DNA of 42,458 nucleotides from Lachnospiraceae bacterium (GTDB lineage Bacteria; Bacillota; Clostridia; Lachnospirales; Lachnospiraceae): NCBI GenBank assembly GCA_016288705.1, contig JAEELB010000031.1:1-42458 (forward strand), in the 5' to 3' direction. Shown here piece after piece: positions 26,639-35,610 of this stretch. Position 1 is the first letter of the stretch; every line of letters begins with the position of its first letter. A model generated the notes under the pieces. The model saw nothing but the letters and a program-made list of their open reading frames with translations. It did not search any database and had not been told where the DNA came from. Both the position numbers and the translations under genes were made by a program.

Positions 26639-27874
26639 TTAGTTTACTATTTCGGTGACCCTTACACCGAAACTCTCCTCTATGACAACGACTTCGCCCT
26701 TTGCGACGAACTTGCCGTTCACGAGCACATCTACCGGTTCACCGGCAATCTTATCCAGTTCGACAATGGTGCCGGGCGCAAAATCCAGGATCTCCTGGAT
26801 GGATTTCTGAGTGCGTCCGAGTTCCACCGTCACCTGCAGCGGCACATCCATGATCAGCCCGATGTTCTCCTGAGGCGTCATGGTTGCGATCCCATCGCCG
26901 AAACTCTGGAACTGCGCAGGCTGCACATTTACATTCTGCACAGGCTGCATGGGAGGCATGGCGTACTGCGGCTGTGCGTACTGCACAGGCTGGACCGGCG
27001 GAGGCGCTGCTGCCATGGGCTGAGGCGGCGGCGCTGCTGCAGGAGCAGGCGCAGGCGCAGGAGCCGGGGCAGGAGCAGGCGCGGGTGCCGGAGCAGGCGC
27101 AGGCGTCTCATCCATATCTCCCAATTGCGACTTAAGGAAAGTATCGCACAAATCCTTCGCAAAATCAATCGGGTAGAGCTGCATGATAGAAGAATCCACA
27201 AGATCCCCTATCTGCATCTTAAACGTAACCTTTACGAAATCCCCTCCCAGGAAGGGCGCTATCTCATCTCCCCTCTTCTTCTGGGTGATGTCCACGCGGC
27301 TTGCTTCGGGAGGACTTATATCTATCATCTTCCCCAGCATAGTGGAAAGGGAGGTGGCGGAGGACCCCATCATCTGGTTCATGGCCTCGGAAATGGCCGA
27401 CAGATGGAGTTCTCCCAGTTCGTCTGCGGTATTGGTGCCATCACCGCCCATCATAAGGTCGGTGATGATCTTCACATCGGTCTCATTCAGGACCAGTATA
27501 TCGCTTCCGTCGAGACCGGCGGTATATTTGATCGAAACGAAGACGCAGGGCTTGGGATAGTCCGAGGTGACCTTTTCCCAATTGGTCAGCTCGACCTCCG
27601 GGGTGGTTATGTTCACCTTGCGGTTCACCAGGGAATACAAAGTGGTGGCGGCAGAGCCCATGCTTATATTGGCCACCTCTCCGATGGCGTCCTTGTCCAT
27701 ATCGGAGAGCTCCGCAGAGCCCACAGGCACCACGCCTGAAGAGGATCCCGCAGCCGGCGCTTCCTGAGCCGCGCCTCCGGAGGAAGCGCTATCAGCGTCG
27801 GAGGAATCGCCGCCGGACAGATCCATGCCCGAAAGCAGCGCGTTTATCTCGTCCTGAGACAGCATTCCATCCAA
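26639..27874 (-). CDS. fliY: Flagellar motor switch phosphatase FliY (CheC-like domains plus C-terminal FliN/SpoA domain) with an internal (Pro-Ala)n linker.
   Basis: N-terminal 'MLSQDEINALLSGMD', CheC-like 'GEVANISMGSAATTL', C-terminal FliN 'IVELDKIAGEPVDVLVNGKFVAKGEVVVIEESFGVRVTEIV'. Contains 'PAPAPAPAPAPAPAPAPAPA'. Confidence 0.9.
   Translation of the reverse strand: MDGMLSQDEINALLSGMDLSGGDSSDADSASSGGAAQEAPAAGSSSGVVPVGSAELSDMDKDAIGEVANISMGSAATTLYSLVNRKVNITTPEVELTNWEKVTSDYPKPCVFVSIKYTAGLDGSDILVLNETDVKIITDLMMGGDGTNTADELGELHLSAISEAMNQMMGSSATSLSTMLGKMIDISPPEASRVDITQKKRGDEIAPFLGGDFVKVTFKMQIGDLVDSSIMQLYPIDFAKDLCDTFLKSQLGDMDETPAPAPAPAPAPAPAPAPAPAPAAAPPPQPMAAAPPPVQPVQYAQPQYAMPPMQPVQNVNVQPAQFQSFGDGIATMTPQENIGLIMDVPLQVTVELGRTQKSIQEILDFAPGTIVELDKIAGEPVDVLVNGKFVAKGEVVVIEESFGVRVTEIVN
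27038..27105 (-). repeat. GC-rich hexanucleotide-like microsatellite (gcaggN)n encoding the (PA)10 linker of FliY.
   Basis: 'gcaggagcaggcgcaggcgcaggagccggggcaggagcaggcgcgggtgccggagcaggcgcaggcg'. Confidence 0.7.
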
Positions 27875-27877
27875 GCC

Positions 27878-28858
27878 TTATTCCTCCTCCCTGACTACTT
27901 CTGTCACTCTCACAGCATATTTTTCCTTGCTCGATCCGGGCAACGCATTAAATTTTCTCATATTACCCACATATACGTCAAGTTCATCTCCGGTATTTCT
28001 TTCAAGTTTTATGATATCGCCGATCTGAAGGGTCGTGAACTCTGCCACGGTGATGCTGGTGACTCCCAATACGGCCTTCACGGGCACCTCCACATGCTTC
28101 AGCATCACTTCCAGATTCTCGGTATAGTCCTCGTCCGCAGCCTCCTGCATGTTTGTGAACCAGTACTTTGTATTCAGCTTGTCCATCACCGCTTCCATGG
28201 TGAAGAACGGGAGACACACGTTCACAAAGCCCTCAACATCGCCGATCTTCATGTTGAGCGTCACTATAGCCACCATATCCGTAGGGGATATGACCTGCGC
28301 AAACTGCGGATTGGTCTCAAGCCTCTCCATTACGGGAGAGATATCCACCACGTTCTTCCATGGATCGTGCATGAGCTGCACACAGATGATCATCATCTTC
28401 TGCAATATGGTGAGCTCGATCTCGGTAAAATCCCGCTCCTTGTCGAGAGCGGCTCCGGTCCCGCCCAGCATCCTGTCTATCATCGAGAAGCCCAGGTTCG
28501 TGGACATCTCGAGTATTATACTTCCGTTAAGAGGCCTGAAGTCTATGATCCCCAGTATGGACGGAGTCTGCAGCGCGTTGGTGAACTCGGAAAAAGTGAC
28601 CGTCTCCGAACTGGCCACCGAGGCCTGCACCGTTTTCCTGAGATAAACGGGAAGGTTCGTGGACAGGAGCCTCCCGTAATGCTCGTAAATGATCTCCAGA
28701 GTCCTCAGGTGCTCCTTCGAGAACTTCGCGGGCCTCTCGAAATCGTAGTTCTTGACCTGCCTGTCGTTCTGGTCCTGGAGAGCGTCGGTATCCAGTTCCC
28801 CGGTCGACAGGGCATTCAGGAGATTATCTATTTCTGCCTGAGAAAGTACCTCACTCAA
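27878..28858 (-). CDS. fliM: Flagellar motor switch protein FliM.
   Basis: 'MSEVLSQAEIDNLL' N-terminal CheY-P binding peptide, FliM middle domain, C-terminal SpoA. Confidence 0.95.
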   Translation of the reverse strand: MSEVLSQAEIDNLLNALSTGELDTDALQDQNDRQVKNYDFERPAKFSKEHLRTLEIIYEHYGRLLSTNLPVYLRKTVQASVASSETVTFSEFTNALQTPSILGIIDFRPLNGSIILEMSTNLGFSMIDRMLGGTGAALDKERDFTEIELTILQKMMIICVQLMHDPWKNVVDISPVMERLETNPQFAQVISPTDMVAIVTLNMKIGDVEGFVNVCLPFFTMEAVMDKLNTKYWFTNMQEAADEDYTENLEVMLKHVEVPVKAVLGVTSITVAEFTTLQIGDIIKLERNTGDELDVYVGNMRKFNALPGSSKEKYAVRVTEVVREEE

Positions 28859-28869
28859 AAACGATCACC

Positions 28870-29409
28870 TCACTGGAACATTATATCCCTGAAGGATACG
28901 TTAAACACAAAATCCGAATTGAAGATGCTCCGCACCTGGGCGAGTATCTCCGCCTTCATCTGGTCCTGATTATTCCTTGCGTCTTCCAAGGTGTAATTGC
29001 TGATGACGGAATTGATGGCATCCTTGATCAGAGGCTCATAATTTGTCAGATCGCCCTCTCCGTTGCTCTTGTAATCCGGATTGTCACTGTTGAGGGAAAG
29101 GGAAACCGATACCACGCAGTAATGTTCCTTTCCGTCTCCTCCCTCGGACTCGGGCACCTTCTTCAGCATTATGGTCATGGGATCGGCGATATTGTACACC
29201 ACCGTGGATGATACGGGCACTTCGGCCTCGCCGCTCTCTCCCTTGCCTCCCGCCGCTCCGGTGTCGATATTGAGAGCGGTGGATATCCCGTCAATGAGTT
29301 TGGATGTCTTCCTGGAAGTGGACAGCACCGAAAACATCATCACGGCCGTCAGCGCGATATTCACCACCAGCAGCGCAGTCATTATCACAAGAAGCATGTT
29401 TTTCTTCAT
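28870..29409 (-). CDS. fliL: Flagellar basal body-associated protein FliL.
   Basis: 179 aa, single N-terminal TM, position between motB and fliM. Confidence 0.8.
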   Translation of the reverse strand: MKKNMLLVIMTALLVVNIALTAVMMFSVLSTSRKTSKLIDGISTALNIDTGAAGGKGESGEAEVPVSSTVVYNIADPMTIMLKKVPESEGGDGKEHYCVVSVSLSLNSDNPDYKSNGEGDLTNYEPLIKDAINSVISNYTLEDARNNQDQMKAEILAQVRSIFNSDFVFNVSFRDIMFQ

Positions 29410-29505
29410 GAAATCACCTCAGTTCCTGATCCGTCTTCCACATCTCATCATCTGTTTCTCCGGGGCTCATTGGGGCCGTCGTCCGGGAAACATCTGCGGA
29501 TCGCA

Positions 29506-30315
29506 TCAATAATCCGACAGCTCGTTGTAAATCTTTATCACCACCCGGCGGTTCAGCGCTCTGCCTTCCGGGGTGGAATTGTCAGCCACGGGCAGATACT
29601 CGCCTCGTCCGGAGTGAACCACATTTGCGGGATCGAGATCCGTATGTTCGATCACGTAATTGAACACGGACAGCGCGCGGTTGTTGGACAGCACGTCGTT
29701 CAAGGCGTAATCACCCACATTGTCGGTATGTCCCTCTATCTCGACGCGGTTATGCGCATATTTGTTCAGGATCACCGATATCTGATCCAGGAGGGGCAGG
29801 GCCTCGTCCTTGAGATCATATTTCCCCGTGTCGAAAAGGATAGCCCCGTTCAGGGTGAGTTCCACAAACTGGGAGGTGAAATTCATATCCACCATCCCCT
29901 GGAAACCCGTTTCTTCAAGGGCTTCCTGTATCTGTTCGGAGAGCTCCTCGGATTCCTTGAGGCCCTCCTGCTGCATCTCCGACTGGGCCTTGGCCGCGGA
30001 ATCAGCCGAGTCCGTTACGGTCTCATCCTCGCCTTCTTCCGAAACTCCGAGGCTGTTTACGTATTCCGCCAGATCGTTCAGCTGGCTCACGCCGTTTCCG
30101 ATCATCACCCCGTCTCCGATGGCCTGGGCTCCGCTTGAAAATATGGAAAAAGTGGAACTCATGGAGGCGGCTATGGCTTCATATTTCTCCGCATCTATAT
30201 CGGACATGGCGTAAAGCATGATGAAAAAGCACAGAAGCAGATTCATCAGGTCGCCAAATGTCTGAACCCATAAGGGCGCACCCTTGGGCGGTTCTTCCGG
30301 TTTCTTCTTTGCCAT
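29506..30315 (-). CDS. motB: Flagellar stator protein MotB (OmpA-like peptidoglycan-binding C-terminal domain).
   Basis: 'PLWVQTFGDLMNLLLCFFIML' plug/TM with conserved Asp, and C-terminal OmpA-like 'VEIEGHTDNVG...NRRV'. Confidence 0.85.
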   Translation of the reverse strand: MAKKKPEEPPKGAPLWVQTFGDLMNLLLCFFIMLYAMSDIDAEKYEAIAASMSSTFSIFSSGAQAIGDGVMIGNGVSQLNDLAEYVNSLGVSEEGEDETVTDSADSAAKAQSEMQQEGLKESEELSEQIQEALEETGFQGMVDMNFTSQFVELTLNGAILFDTGKYDLKDEALPLLDQISVILNKYAHNRVEIEGHTDNVGDYALNDVLSNNRALSVFNYVIEHTDLDPANVVHSGRGEYLPVADNSTPEGRALNRRVVIKIYNELSDY

Positions 30316-31103
30316 CAGGCAGCTCCCTCAGCGCCTTCAGCCCCTTCCTCACTCTCAGTCGCTCTCTCTTTGGGCGCCAGGAATGATTTAAGCTTTTCTT
30401 CTATGACCCTGGGATTCTCTCCGGCCTGAATGGAAAGAAGCCCCTCTATCTCAATCTCCTTCACCATCATCTCGGCTGAATTCTGTCCCTTGAGCTTGTT
30501 TGCTATGGGAGCGCATATCCAGTTCGAAAGCATGGCTCCGTAGAAGGTCGTGATCATGGCGACGGCCATGTTAGGTCCCAGGGAAGCCGCATCCGACATG
30601 TTACGGAGCATGTTGATCAGACCGATCAGCGTACCTATCTGTCCCCAGCCGGGTCCCATGGCGTTGACGTCGTCCCAGAAAGCGATCTTGCCCTTGTGAC
30701 GTTCCTCGCAGTTCACCATCTCCGTCTCCATGATGGCCCGGACAAGCTCGGGATCGGTACCGTCCACTATGAGGAGGATCCCCTTCTTCAGGAAGGCGTC
30801 CTCGATATCTCCGGCCGCCTCTTCAAGGGAAAGAAGTCCCTCTTTTCTGGCCACGTTGGACAGTTCTATGATCTTCTTGATGACGCCGGGGGTGTCGTAA
30901 GCCGGCACCTTAAGGCACAGCTTAAAGCTGGCAAAGCCCTCCTTCATATCCTTTACGCTCTTTTCGGCAAGAACGCAGGAAAGAGCGCCTCCAAAGGTGA
31001 TCATAACGGAAGCCCCGTCCACAAAGCCCAGAGCGCCGCTACCCATGGAGATAAGGGTAAAGGTTATAGCCAGTATCATACCGAGTATAAACGCTATATC
31101 CAT
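30315..31103 (-). CDS. motA: Flagellar stator protein MotA.
   Basis: 262 aa, 4 TM, MotA/TolQ/ExbB family. 1 nt overlap with motB. Confidence 0.9.
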   Translation of the reverse strand: MDIAFILGMILAITFTLISMGSGALGFVDGASVMITFGGALSCVLAEKSVKDMKEGFASFKLCLKVPAYDTPGVIKKIIELSNVARKEGLLSLEEAAGDIEDAFLKKGILLIVDGTDPELVRAIMETEMVNCEERHKGKIAFWDDVNAMGPGWGQIGTLIGLINMLRNMSDAASLGPNMAVAMITTFYGAMLSNWICAPIANKLKGQNSAEMMVKEIEIEGLLSIQAGENPRVIEEKLKSFLAPKERATESEEGAEGAEGAA

Positions 31104-31289
31104 TTAGTCGGAAAATATTTCCTTTCTGAAGGATTTCACGAGGTCCCTGATATCCTGCCTGCTTTCCTTTACTATCAGGCGGCGGCCTGTGGTAAGAGTG
31201 ACCACGGTATCGGGCGTCTCCTCCACAAGTTCGATCAGATCCGGATTCACAAGGATCCGGACACCGTTCAGTTTCGTAACCTCAATCAT
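31104..31289 (-). CDS. flbD: Flagellar protein FlbD.
   Basis: 61 aa 'MIEVTKLNGVRILVNPDLIELVEETPDTVVTLTTGRRLIVKES'. Its stop abuts the motA start. Confidence 0.8.
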   Translation of the reverse strand: MIEVTKLNGVRILVNPDLIELVEETPDTVVTLTTGRRLIVKESRQDIRDLVKSFRKEIFSD

Positions 31290-31338
31290 AACTTTTATAT
31301 ATTATTCCATTTTTTTCTGTTTTTCAAGTCGCCCCGTA

Positions 31339-31385
31339 AAACTCCGGCAAAACAGGGAAAGTGAGGAACCGCGGGGGTCCCTCAC
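31339..31385 (-). terminator. Candidate intrinsic terminator/attenuator between flgE and flbD (8 bp stem, 9 nt loop, U-rich tail).
   Basis: Transcript sense 'GUGAGGGAcccccgcggUUCCUCAC' followed by 'UUUCCCUGUUUUGCC'. Confidence 0.4.
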
Positions 31386-31448
31386 CGATCCTGTTATTAT
31401 CATGGCATTGCAAACCGCTCCGCAAACCGCTCCGGCTCACTTACGCAG

Positions 31449-31468
31449 GGCGGGCATCAACCCCCGCC
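31449..31468 (-). other. GC-rich hairpin immediately 3' of the flgE stop (GGCGGG-ggttgatg-CCCGCC) with no U-tract: possible mRNA-stabilising or processing element.
   Basis: Perfect 6 bp G/C stem, 8 nt loop, starting 1 nt after the TAA. Confidence 0.35.
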
Positions 31469-33106
31469 TTATCTCTTAAGGTTCACCAGCTCCTCCAGCA
31501 GGGTGTCCGATACGGTGATGATACGGGAGTTGGCCTGGAAGCCACGCTGTGTGGTGATCATGGTTGTGAACTCGTTGGAGAGGTCCACGTTCGACATCTC
31601 CAGAACGCCTGATGTCATCTTTCCTCCGTTTGCTGTGATGTCAACGCCTATACCGTCGAAATCGCCCGAGTTCATGGTTGAGGAGTAAAGGTTGTCACCT
31701 CTCTTCTCAAGACCTGAAGGATTGGCGAAAACCGCTGTGGCTATCTGTCCCAGGACCCTGGTCTGTCCGTTGTCATAGGAGGCGGTGATGAGGCCCGCGC
31801 TGGAGATGGAGATGCCGGACATGTCACCCACCTTACGGCCGCTTCCCAGGTTGTTCTCATCTCCGTTGATGCCGGACATGGTGGATATGCCGTTATTGTC
31901 CCACATTGTGGTGGTGGAGAAATCTACCGCTATGCCGTCCTTATTGAAAGCGTTATTGGTGAACTGTATCGCCCAGGTCTTGTCGTTATCCGAGATATCC
32001 GAGAACTTAGCTTCCGGATCTCCGCTGACCCCGCCGAATTCGCCCGTTGCGGGATTGTATTTAACCTTGATGGCGTCCTCCACTTCCGTATCGATGTAAT
32101 ACACAAACCTTCCGTTGTCGTCGATCACAGGCGCGGGATAATCGGTCGATGTGGTGATCTTGGCCACTTCGGCATCCGTCATGCCGTAAGCCTTTGCGAT
32201 GGTCCCGGTATCGGTCACGGGAGAGGCTCCCTCCGGGATCTTTCCTTCGGAATCGAGCTGGTACAGATGATATCCGTCCTCATCCTTTCTCAGTTTGTAC
32301 TGATTGTCCGTAACGGATTTCTTGATCCCCTTTACGGTGATCTTCATCGGATCGGTGGGATCGCCGAAGGAGATGCCCGAAGTCTCGGTGGCGTCATTTC
32401 CGTCGGAATCCATGAGCTTTTCCAGCTTCATGTAGTACTCGCCCTTGTCGCCGTCGGCCGCATGCATGGAGAAGATCGCATTGTACTTGTAGCCCAGATT
32501 GTCATAAAGGGGAATGCTGATCTGCAGTCCGGCGTCGGAATTCACATTGGGATCCATCTTGTCCACAATGCCGTTCACCATGGCCTTGGAAGTGGCCTCG
32601 GGCTCGTAGGTCATATTGGCGGGGGACATGACCTTAAGGCCGGATACCTGGCTCCTTATGATATTTCCGTCCTCATCCGCCTGCCAGCCCTGGACTATGA
32701 ATCCGGAAGTGCTGGTGACCAGATTTCCGGCATTATCAACGGTGAAAGCACCGTCTCTGGTGAAGAAGTTCTCCGATCCGTTATTTACGATGAAGAAGTT
32801 GTCCCCGCTGATCATCAGGTCGAAGGGGTTATTTGTGGTCTGGGCCGAGCCTTGTGTCGCGATGGCAGTGGAGATGGCGCCCGTGGTGGAGCCGAGACCT
32901 ATCTGCCTCGCATTGGTTCCGCCCTTTCCGGTGTTGGGATTGGCGCCCGAAGCTGCCTGTGTGGTCTGATACAGCAGGTCCGTGAAGACCATGGACTGAG
33001 ACTTGTAAGCAGTGGTGTTTACGTTTGCGATGTTATTTCCGATTACGTCCATCCTGGTCTGATGGGTTCTGAGACCCGCGACTCCGGAAAAAAGTGATCT
33101 CATCAT
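31469..33106 (-). CDS. flgE: Flagellar hook protein FlgE.
   Basis: 'MRSLFSGVAGLRTHQTRMDVIGNNIANVNTTAYK' and C-terminal 'GVLEMSNVDLSNEFTTMITTQRGFQANSRIIT'. Start at ATGATG after GGAGGAGG; the track start 33148 is an upstream extension. Confidence 0.9.
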   Translation of the reverse strand: MMRSLFSGVAGLRTHQTRMDVIGNNIANVNTTAYKSQSMVFTDLLYQTTQAASGANPNTGKGGTNARQIGLGSTTGAISTAIATQGSAQTTNNPFDLMISGDNFFIVNNGSENFFTRDGAFTVDNAGNLVTSTSGFIVQGWQADEDGNIIRSQVSGLKVMSPANMTYEPEATSKAMVNGIVDKMDPNVNSDAGLQISIPLYDNLGYKYNAIFSMHAADGDKGEYYMKLEKLMDSDGNDATETSGISFGDPTDPMKITVKGIKKSVTDNQYKLRKDEDGYHLYQLDSEGKIPEGASPVTDTGTIAKAYGMTDAEVAKITTSTDYPAPVIDDNGRFVYYIDTEVEDAIKVKYNPATGEFGGVSGDPEAKFSDISDNDKTWAIQFTNNAFNKDGIAVDFSTTTMWDNNGISTMSGINGDENNLGSGRKVGDMSGISISSAGLITASYDNGQTRVLGQIATAVFANPSGLEKRGDNLYSSTMNSGDFDGIGVDITANGGKMTSGVLEMSNVDLSNEFTTMITTQRGFQANSRIITVSDTLLEELVNLKR

Positions 33107-33207
33107 AAGGCAATTCCTCCTCCGACTCCCTTCGGTCCTGCCGGTCATCCTGTCCGGCGCAGCTTATCTGTTTTCTGTAATGTTCGGTCTCTTGCGGTTC
33201 CTGTTTG

Positions 33208-33249
33208 CCGGCTTCCATTCCGGTCTGTCTTTCCCGGCTTCCCTTCCGG
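33208..33249 (-). promoter_or_regulatory. Two direct-repeat mini-hairpins in the flgE 5' leader (CCGG-aaKggaag-CCGG), each presenting GGA in the loop: candidate CsrA-type or other post-transcriptional control sites.
   Basis: Sense strand 'ACCGGAAGGGAAGCCGGGAAAGACAG' and 'ACCGGAATGGAAGCCGGCAAACAGGA', ~100-130 nt upstream of the flgE ATG, in an AG-rich 128 nt leader. Confidence 0.3.
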
Positions 33250-33276
33250 TTTATCGATCCGGGCTTCTCTTCCGTC

Positions 33277-33912
33277 TCAGCCTCCCAGTTCCTGTATACG
33301 TTTCACATACTGTTCGAGTATGTCCGCGTAGCCTGAAGGTATGAAGCCCTGCTGGTAACTGGTCATGTTGTTGTACGAGGTGGCCAGAGCCATTATGGCG
33401 TCCTTGTCGGCCAGAGTCACGAGATTCAGCTTCGGAAGCTTCTCATATGCCTCCACCCAGGACTCCGCAATGGATGTGGCGTCGGAATAATCCCTGTCCA
33501 CGACCTCCACCAGATCGTCTATGGAGTACTGGACTCCGTCTATGGTGAGGTAGGCGTTGGATCCGGAGAAGCTCACGCTGTCCACCTTGCCCTGGACCTG
33601 CTTGATATTTCCGGAAGCATCGGTGGAATTCACCATGACTTCCTTTCCCACCAGATCGGATGCCCTCTGAAGCGTTGATGAGTTGGCAACGTTCTGCATC
33701 TGCTCCAGTTCCGAGAAGGTGGCGTACTGCGAAACCCATTCGGTATTGGAGGTGGGCTCCAGGGGATCCTGGTTCTTCATCTGTGCCACAAGAAGATTCA
33801 TGAAATCGGTCTTATTGACTGTTGATGAACTCTTCTCCGCCTCTTTCTCCGTATTGATCTGGTTTGCGGTCTTGACTATCTCGCCGTTATTTATGACTGC
33901 TGATACTCCCAT
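33277..33912 (-). CDS. flgD: Flagellar hook assembly/capping protein FlgD.
   Basis: 'DFMNLLVAQMKNQDPLEP' signature. 211 aa. Confidence 0.85.
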   Translation of the reverse strand: MGVSAVINNGEIVKTANQINTEKEAEKSSSTVNKTDFMNLLVAQMKNQDPLEPTSNTEWVSQYATFSELEQMQNVANSSTLQRASDLVGKEVMVNSTDASGNIKQVQGKVDSVSFSGSNAYLTIDGVQYSIDDLVEVVDRDYSDATSIAESWVEAYEKLPKLNLVTLADKDAIMALATSYNNMTSYQQGFIPSGYADILEQYVKRIQELGG

Positions 33913-33957
33913 ATCGTCCTCCTCTCTGAAAGGATCGTTTTCTGTCCTGCTGCCGTA

Positions 33958-35499
33958 TCAGGCCGTGAAATCAACCGAATTTCCTGACCTCTGCATCATG
34001 TCTACCGCAATGCGGTCGGCTTCGTCTTCCCCGGGAGTGACTCCGGACACTTCCTCTCCGTCCTCGTCTCCGCTCTCCGCGACCCTGAGCCTGCGGCGTC
34101 TGCCTGCTTTCTGAGCCTTTAAGTCTTCCTCGCTCTGGCGGCTTCCCTGCCCGTCCCTGTCTGCGAAACGCTCCTGGGACACAAGCACCTGTATCTCGCT
34201 CACCTTTATGCCCTGCTCTTCGAATCTCTCCCTGAGCTGAAGGAGCTGGCTTTCAACCGCCGCCCTTACCGCATCTGTCTGAGTGGTAAACTGTGCGGTG
34301 ATGACTCCCTGCTTCTCCGTCAGGTGTATGGTGACCGCCCCGAGTGATGCGGGATGAAGCTGCATCTCCATATCGGTTATGCCGGGACGGATGTTGGTCC
34401 TGATGTAATCATTTATCTGCTCGGTTATGCGGGCCTGATTTACCTGATCCGTAAAGGGCGTGACCTCTTCTCCCTGAGTGATCTCCGACACTGCCGACTC
34501 GATATTCTGCGCTATGCTGTCCGCCATGCCCTGGAGAGTCTGGTGATGCTCCTCATTTCCCCTGCCGGATCCCTTCTTCTGGTCTCCGTCCCCCATCTTT
34601 TCGGGAGAAAACGCTGTATCCGTAACAACAGGCTGTCCCGCCTCATCTATGGAGACCGAGAGCTCCACTTCGCGTCCGCCGATGCGGGTGGTGATGGAGT
34701 ACGCCCCGGAAGTATCCTTTTCTTCGGTCACTTCCTGACCTGCTTCTCCGCCTGTCTGAAGGGCTAACTGTTCCTTCAGGCTGTCGACCGGCATCTCCAG
34801 TACTTCCGCTATGCTCTCGAGGCTGTCTGCCGCCGTTTCCTGTATGAGCGACAACTGATCCGCCAGTTCTCCGTTCACCAGGAGGGCTGTCTCGTCCTGT
34901 CCCGTCAGGTTCAGGAAAAGGCTGCTCATAGCCTTCGGATCGAAGAGCGACATTTCGTCGAGCCCCAGGCCTTCCATTGCCAAATCGATCTCATCTTCCG
35001 TGATATTAAGAGTTTCTGCGATCTGCGAGATTATGTTCTGTATTCCCGATGAGATTACTTCAGATATGTCTTCCAAACCTTCATCGGACAGTCCTTCCTG
35101 CTGATCTGACTGGCCGGGCTTTTTGGTGTCAGCCCTGTCAGTATTTCTGACGTCCGTGTCGGTTTTCTTTCTGCCGTCCGTGGCGGTGGCTTCCTTGCCG
35201 GTCTTCCTTACGTCATCTGCTTTCTTCTCCGCAGAGACCTCAGTGCCGCTTTGCTTTTCGTTCCCCGCGTCCCGTCCCTTCGCTCCGTTTTCTGCCGGAG
35301 TTCCGAGTTCCTTCACCGGATCCGCTGCTTCCGGCATCTTCATCGGATTGTCGGAGGCCATGGTGCCGATCCTTGAAATGATGTCCCCGAATGCCTGCTT
35401 GTCGTTGCTTCTGACTGTGACCTTGCGGCCAACCGGCATCTGGTTCAGGTCGACTGTGGGGTTAAAGCCGGCAGCACTTCCGACTGCCGCACCTGCCAT
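33958..35499 (-). CDS. fliK: Flagellar hook-length control protein FliK.
   Basis: Long disordered Pro/Glu/Lys-rich N-terminus and C-terminal Flg_hook domain 'ASLGAVTIHLTEKQGVITAQFTTQTDAVRAAVESQLLQLRERFEEQGIKVSEIQV'. Confidence 0.8.
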   Translation of the reverse strand: MAGAAVGSAAGFNPTVDLNQMPVGRKVTVRSNDKQAFGDIISRIGTMASDNPMKMPEAADPVKELGTPAENGAKGRDAGNEKQSGTEVSAEKKADDVRKTGKEATATDGRKKTDTDVRNTDRADTKKPGQSDQQEGLSDEGLEDISEVISSGIQNIISQIAETLNITEDEIDLAMEGLGLDEMSLFDPKAMSSLFLNLTGQDETALLVNGELADQLSLIQETAADSLESIAEVLEMPVDSLKEQLALQTGGEAGQEVTEEKDTSGAYSITTRIGGREVELSVSIDEAGQPVVTDTAFSPEKMGDGDQKKGSGRGNEEHHQTLQGMADSIAQNIESAVSEITQGEEVTPFTDQVNQARITEQINDYIRTNIRPGITDMEMQLHPASLGAVTIHLTEKQGVITAQFTTQTDAVRAAVESQLLQLRERFEEQGIKVSEIQVLVSQERFADRDGQGSRQSEEDLKAQKAGRRRRLRVAESGDEDGEEVSGVTPGEDEADRIAVDMMQRSGNSVDFTA

Positions 35500-35530
35500 A
35501 GTGTCTTCCTTTCCGCCGCGCTCCTACGGT

Positions 35531-35610
35531 TTCTTCCGAACTGTCAGGGTTCCTTCCCCTGTGTCCCGGTTCCGTCCTTTCCTGTCAGGGTTCCCTCCCC
35601 TGTGTCCCGG
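35531..35610 (-). repeat. Tandem ~40 nt direct repeat (2 copies, 2 mismatches) in the fliK 5' leader; each copy can form a 5 bp stem CAGGG-gagggaa-CCCUG.
   Basis: Plus strand 'ctgtcagggttccttcccctgtgtcccggttccgtcc' x2, inside the 248 nt non-coding gap between ylxF and fliK. Confidence 0.65.

Noticed and set aside
33033-33218. 61 aa minus-strand ORF in the flgD-flgE spacer, possibly a flg_new/ylzI-type small flagellar gene.
   Set aside because: It runs into the flgE start in a different frame, has no ribosome-binding site, and its translation (EAGKQEPQETEHYRK...) is simply the AG-rich leader read as protein. The spacer is better explained as a structured 5' leader.
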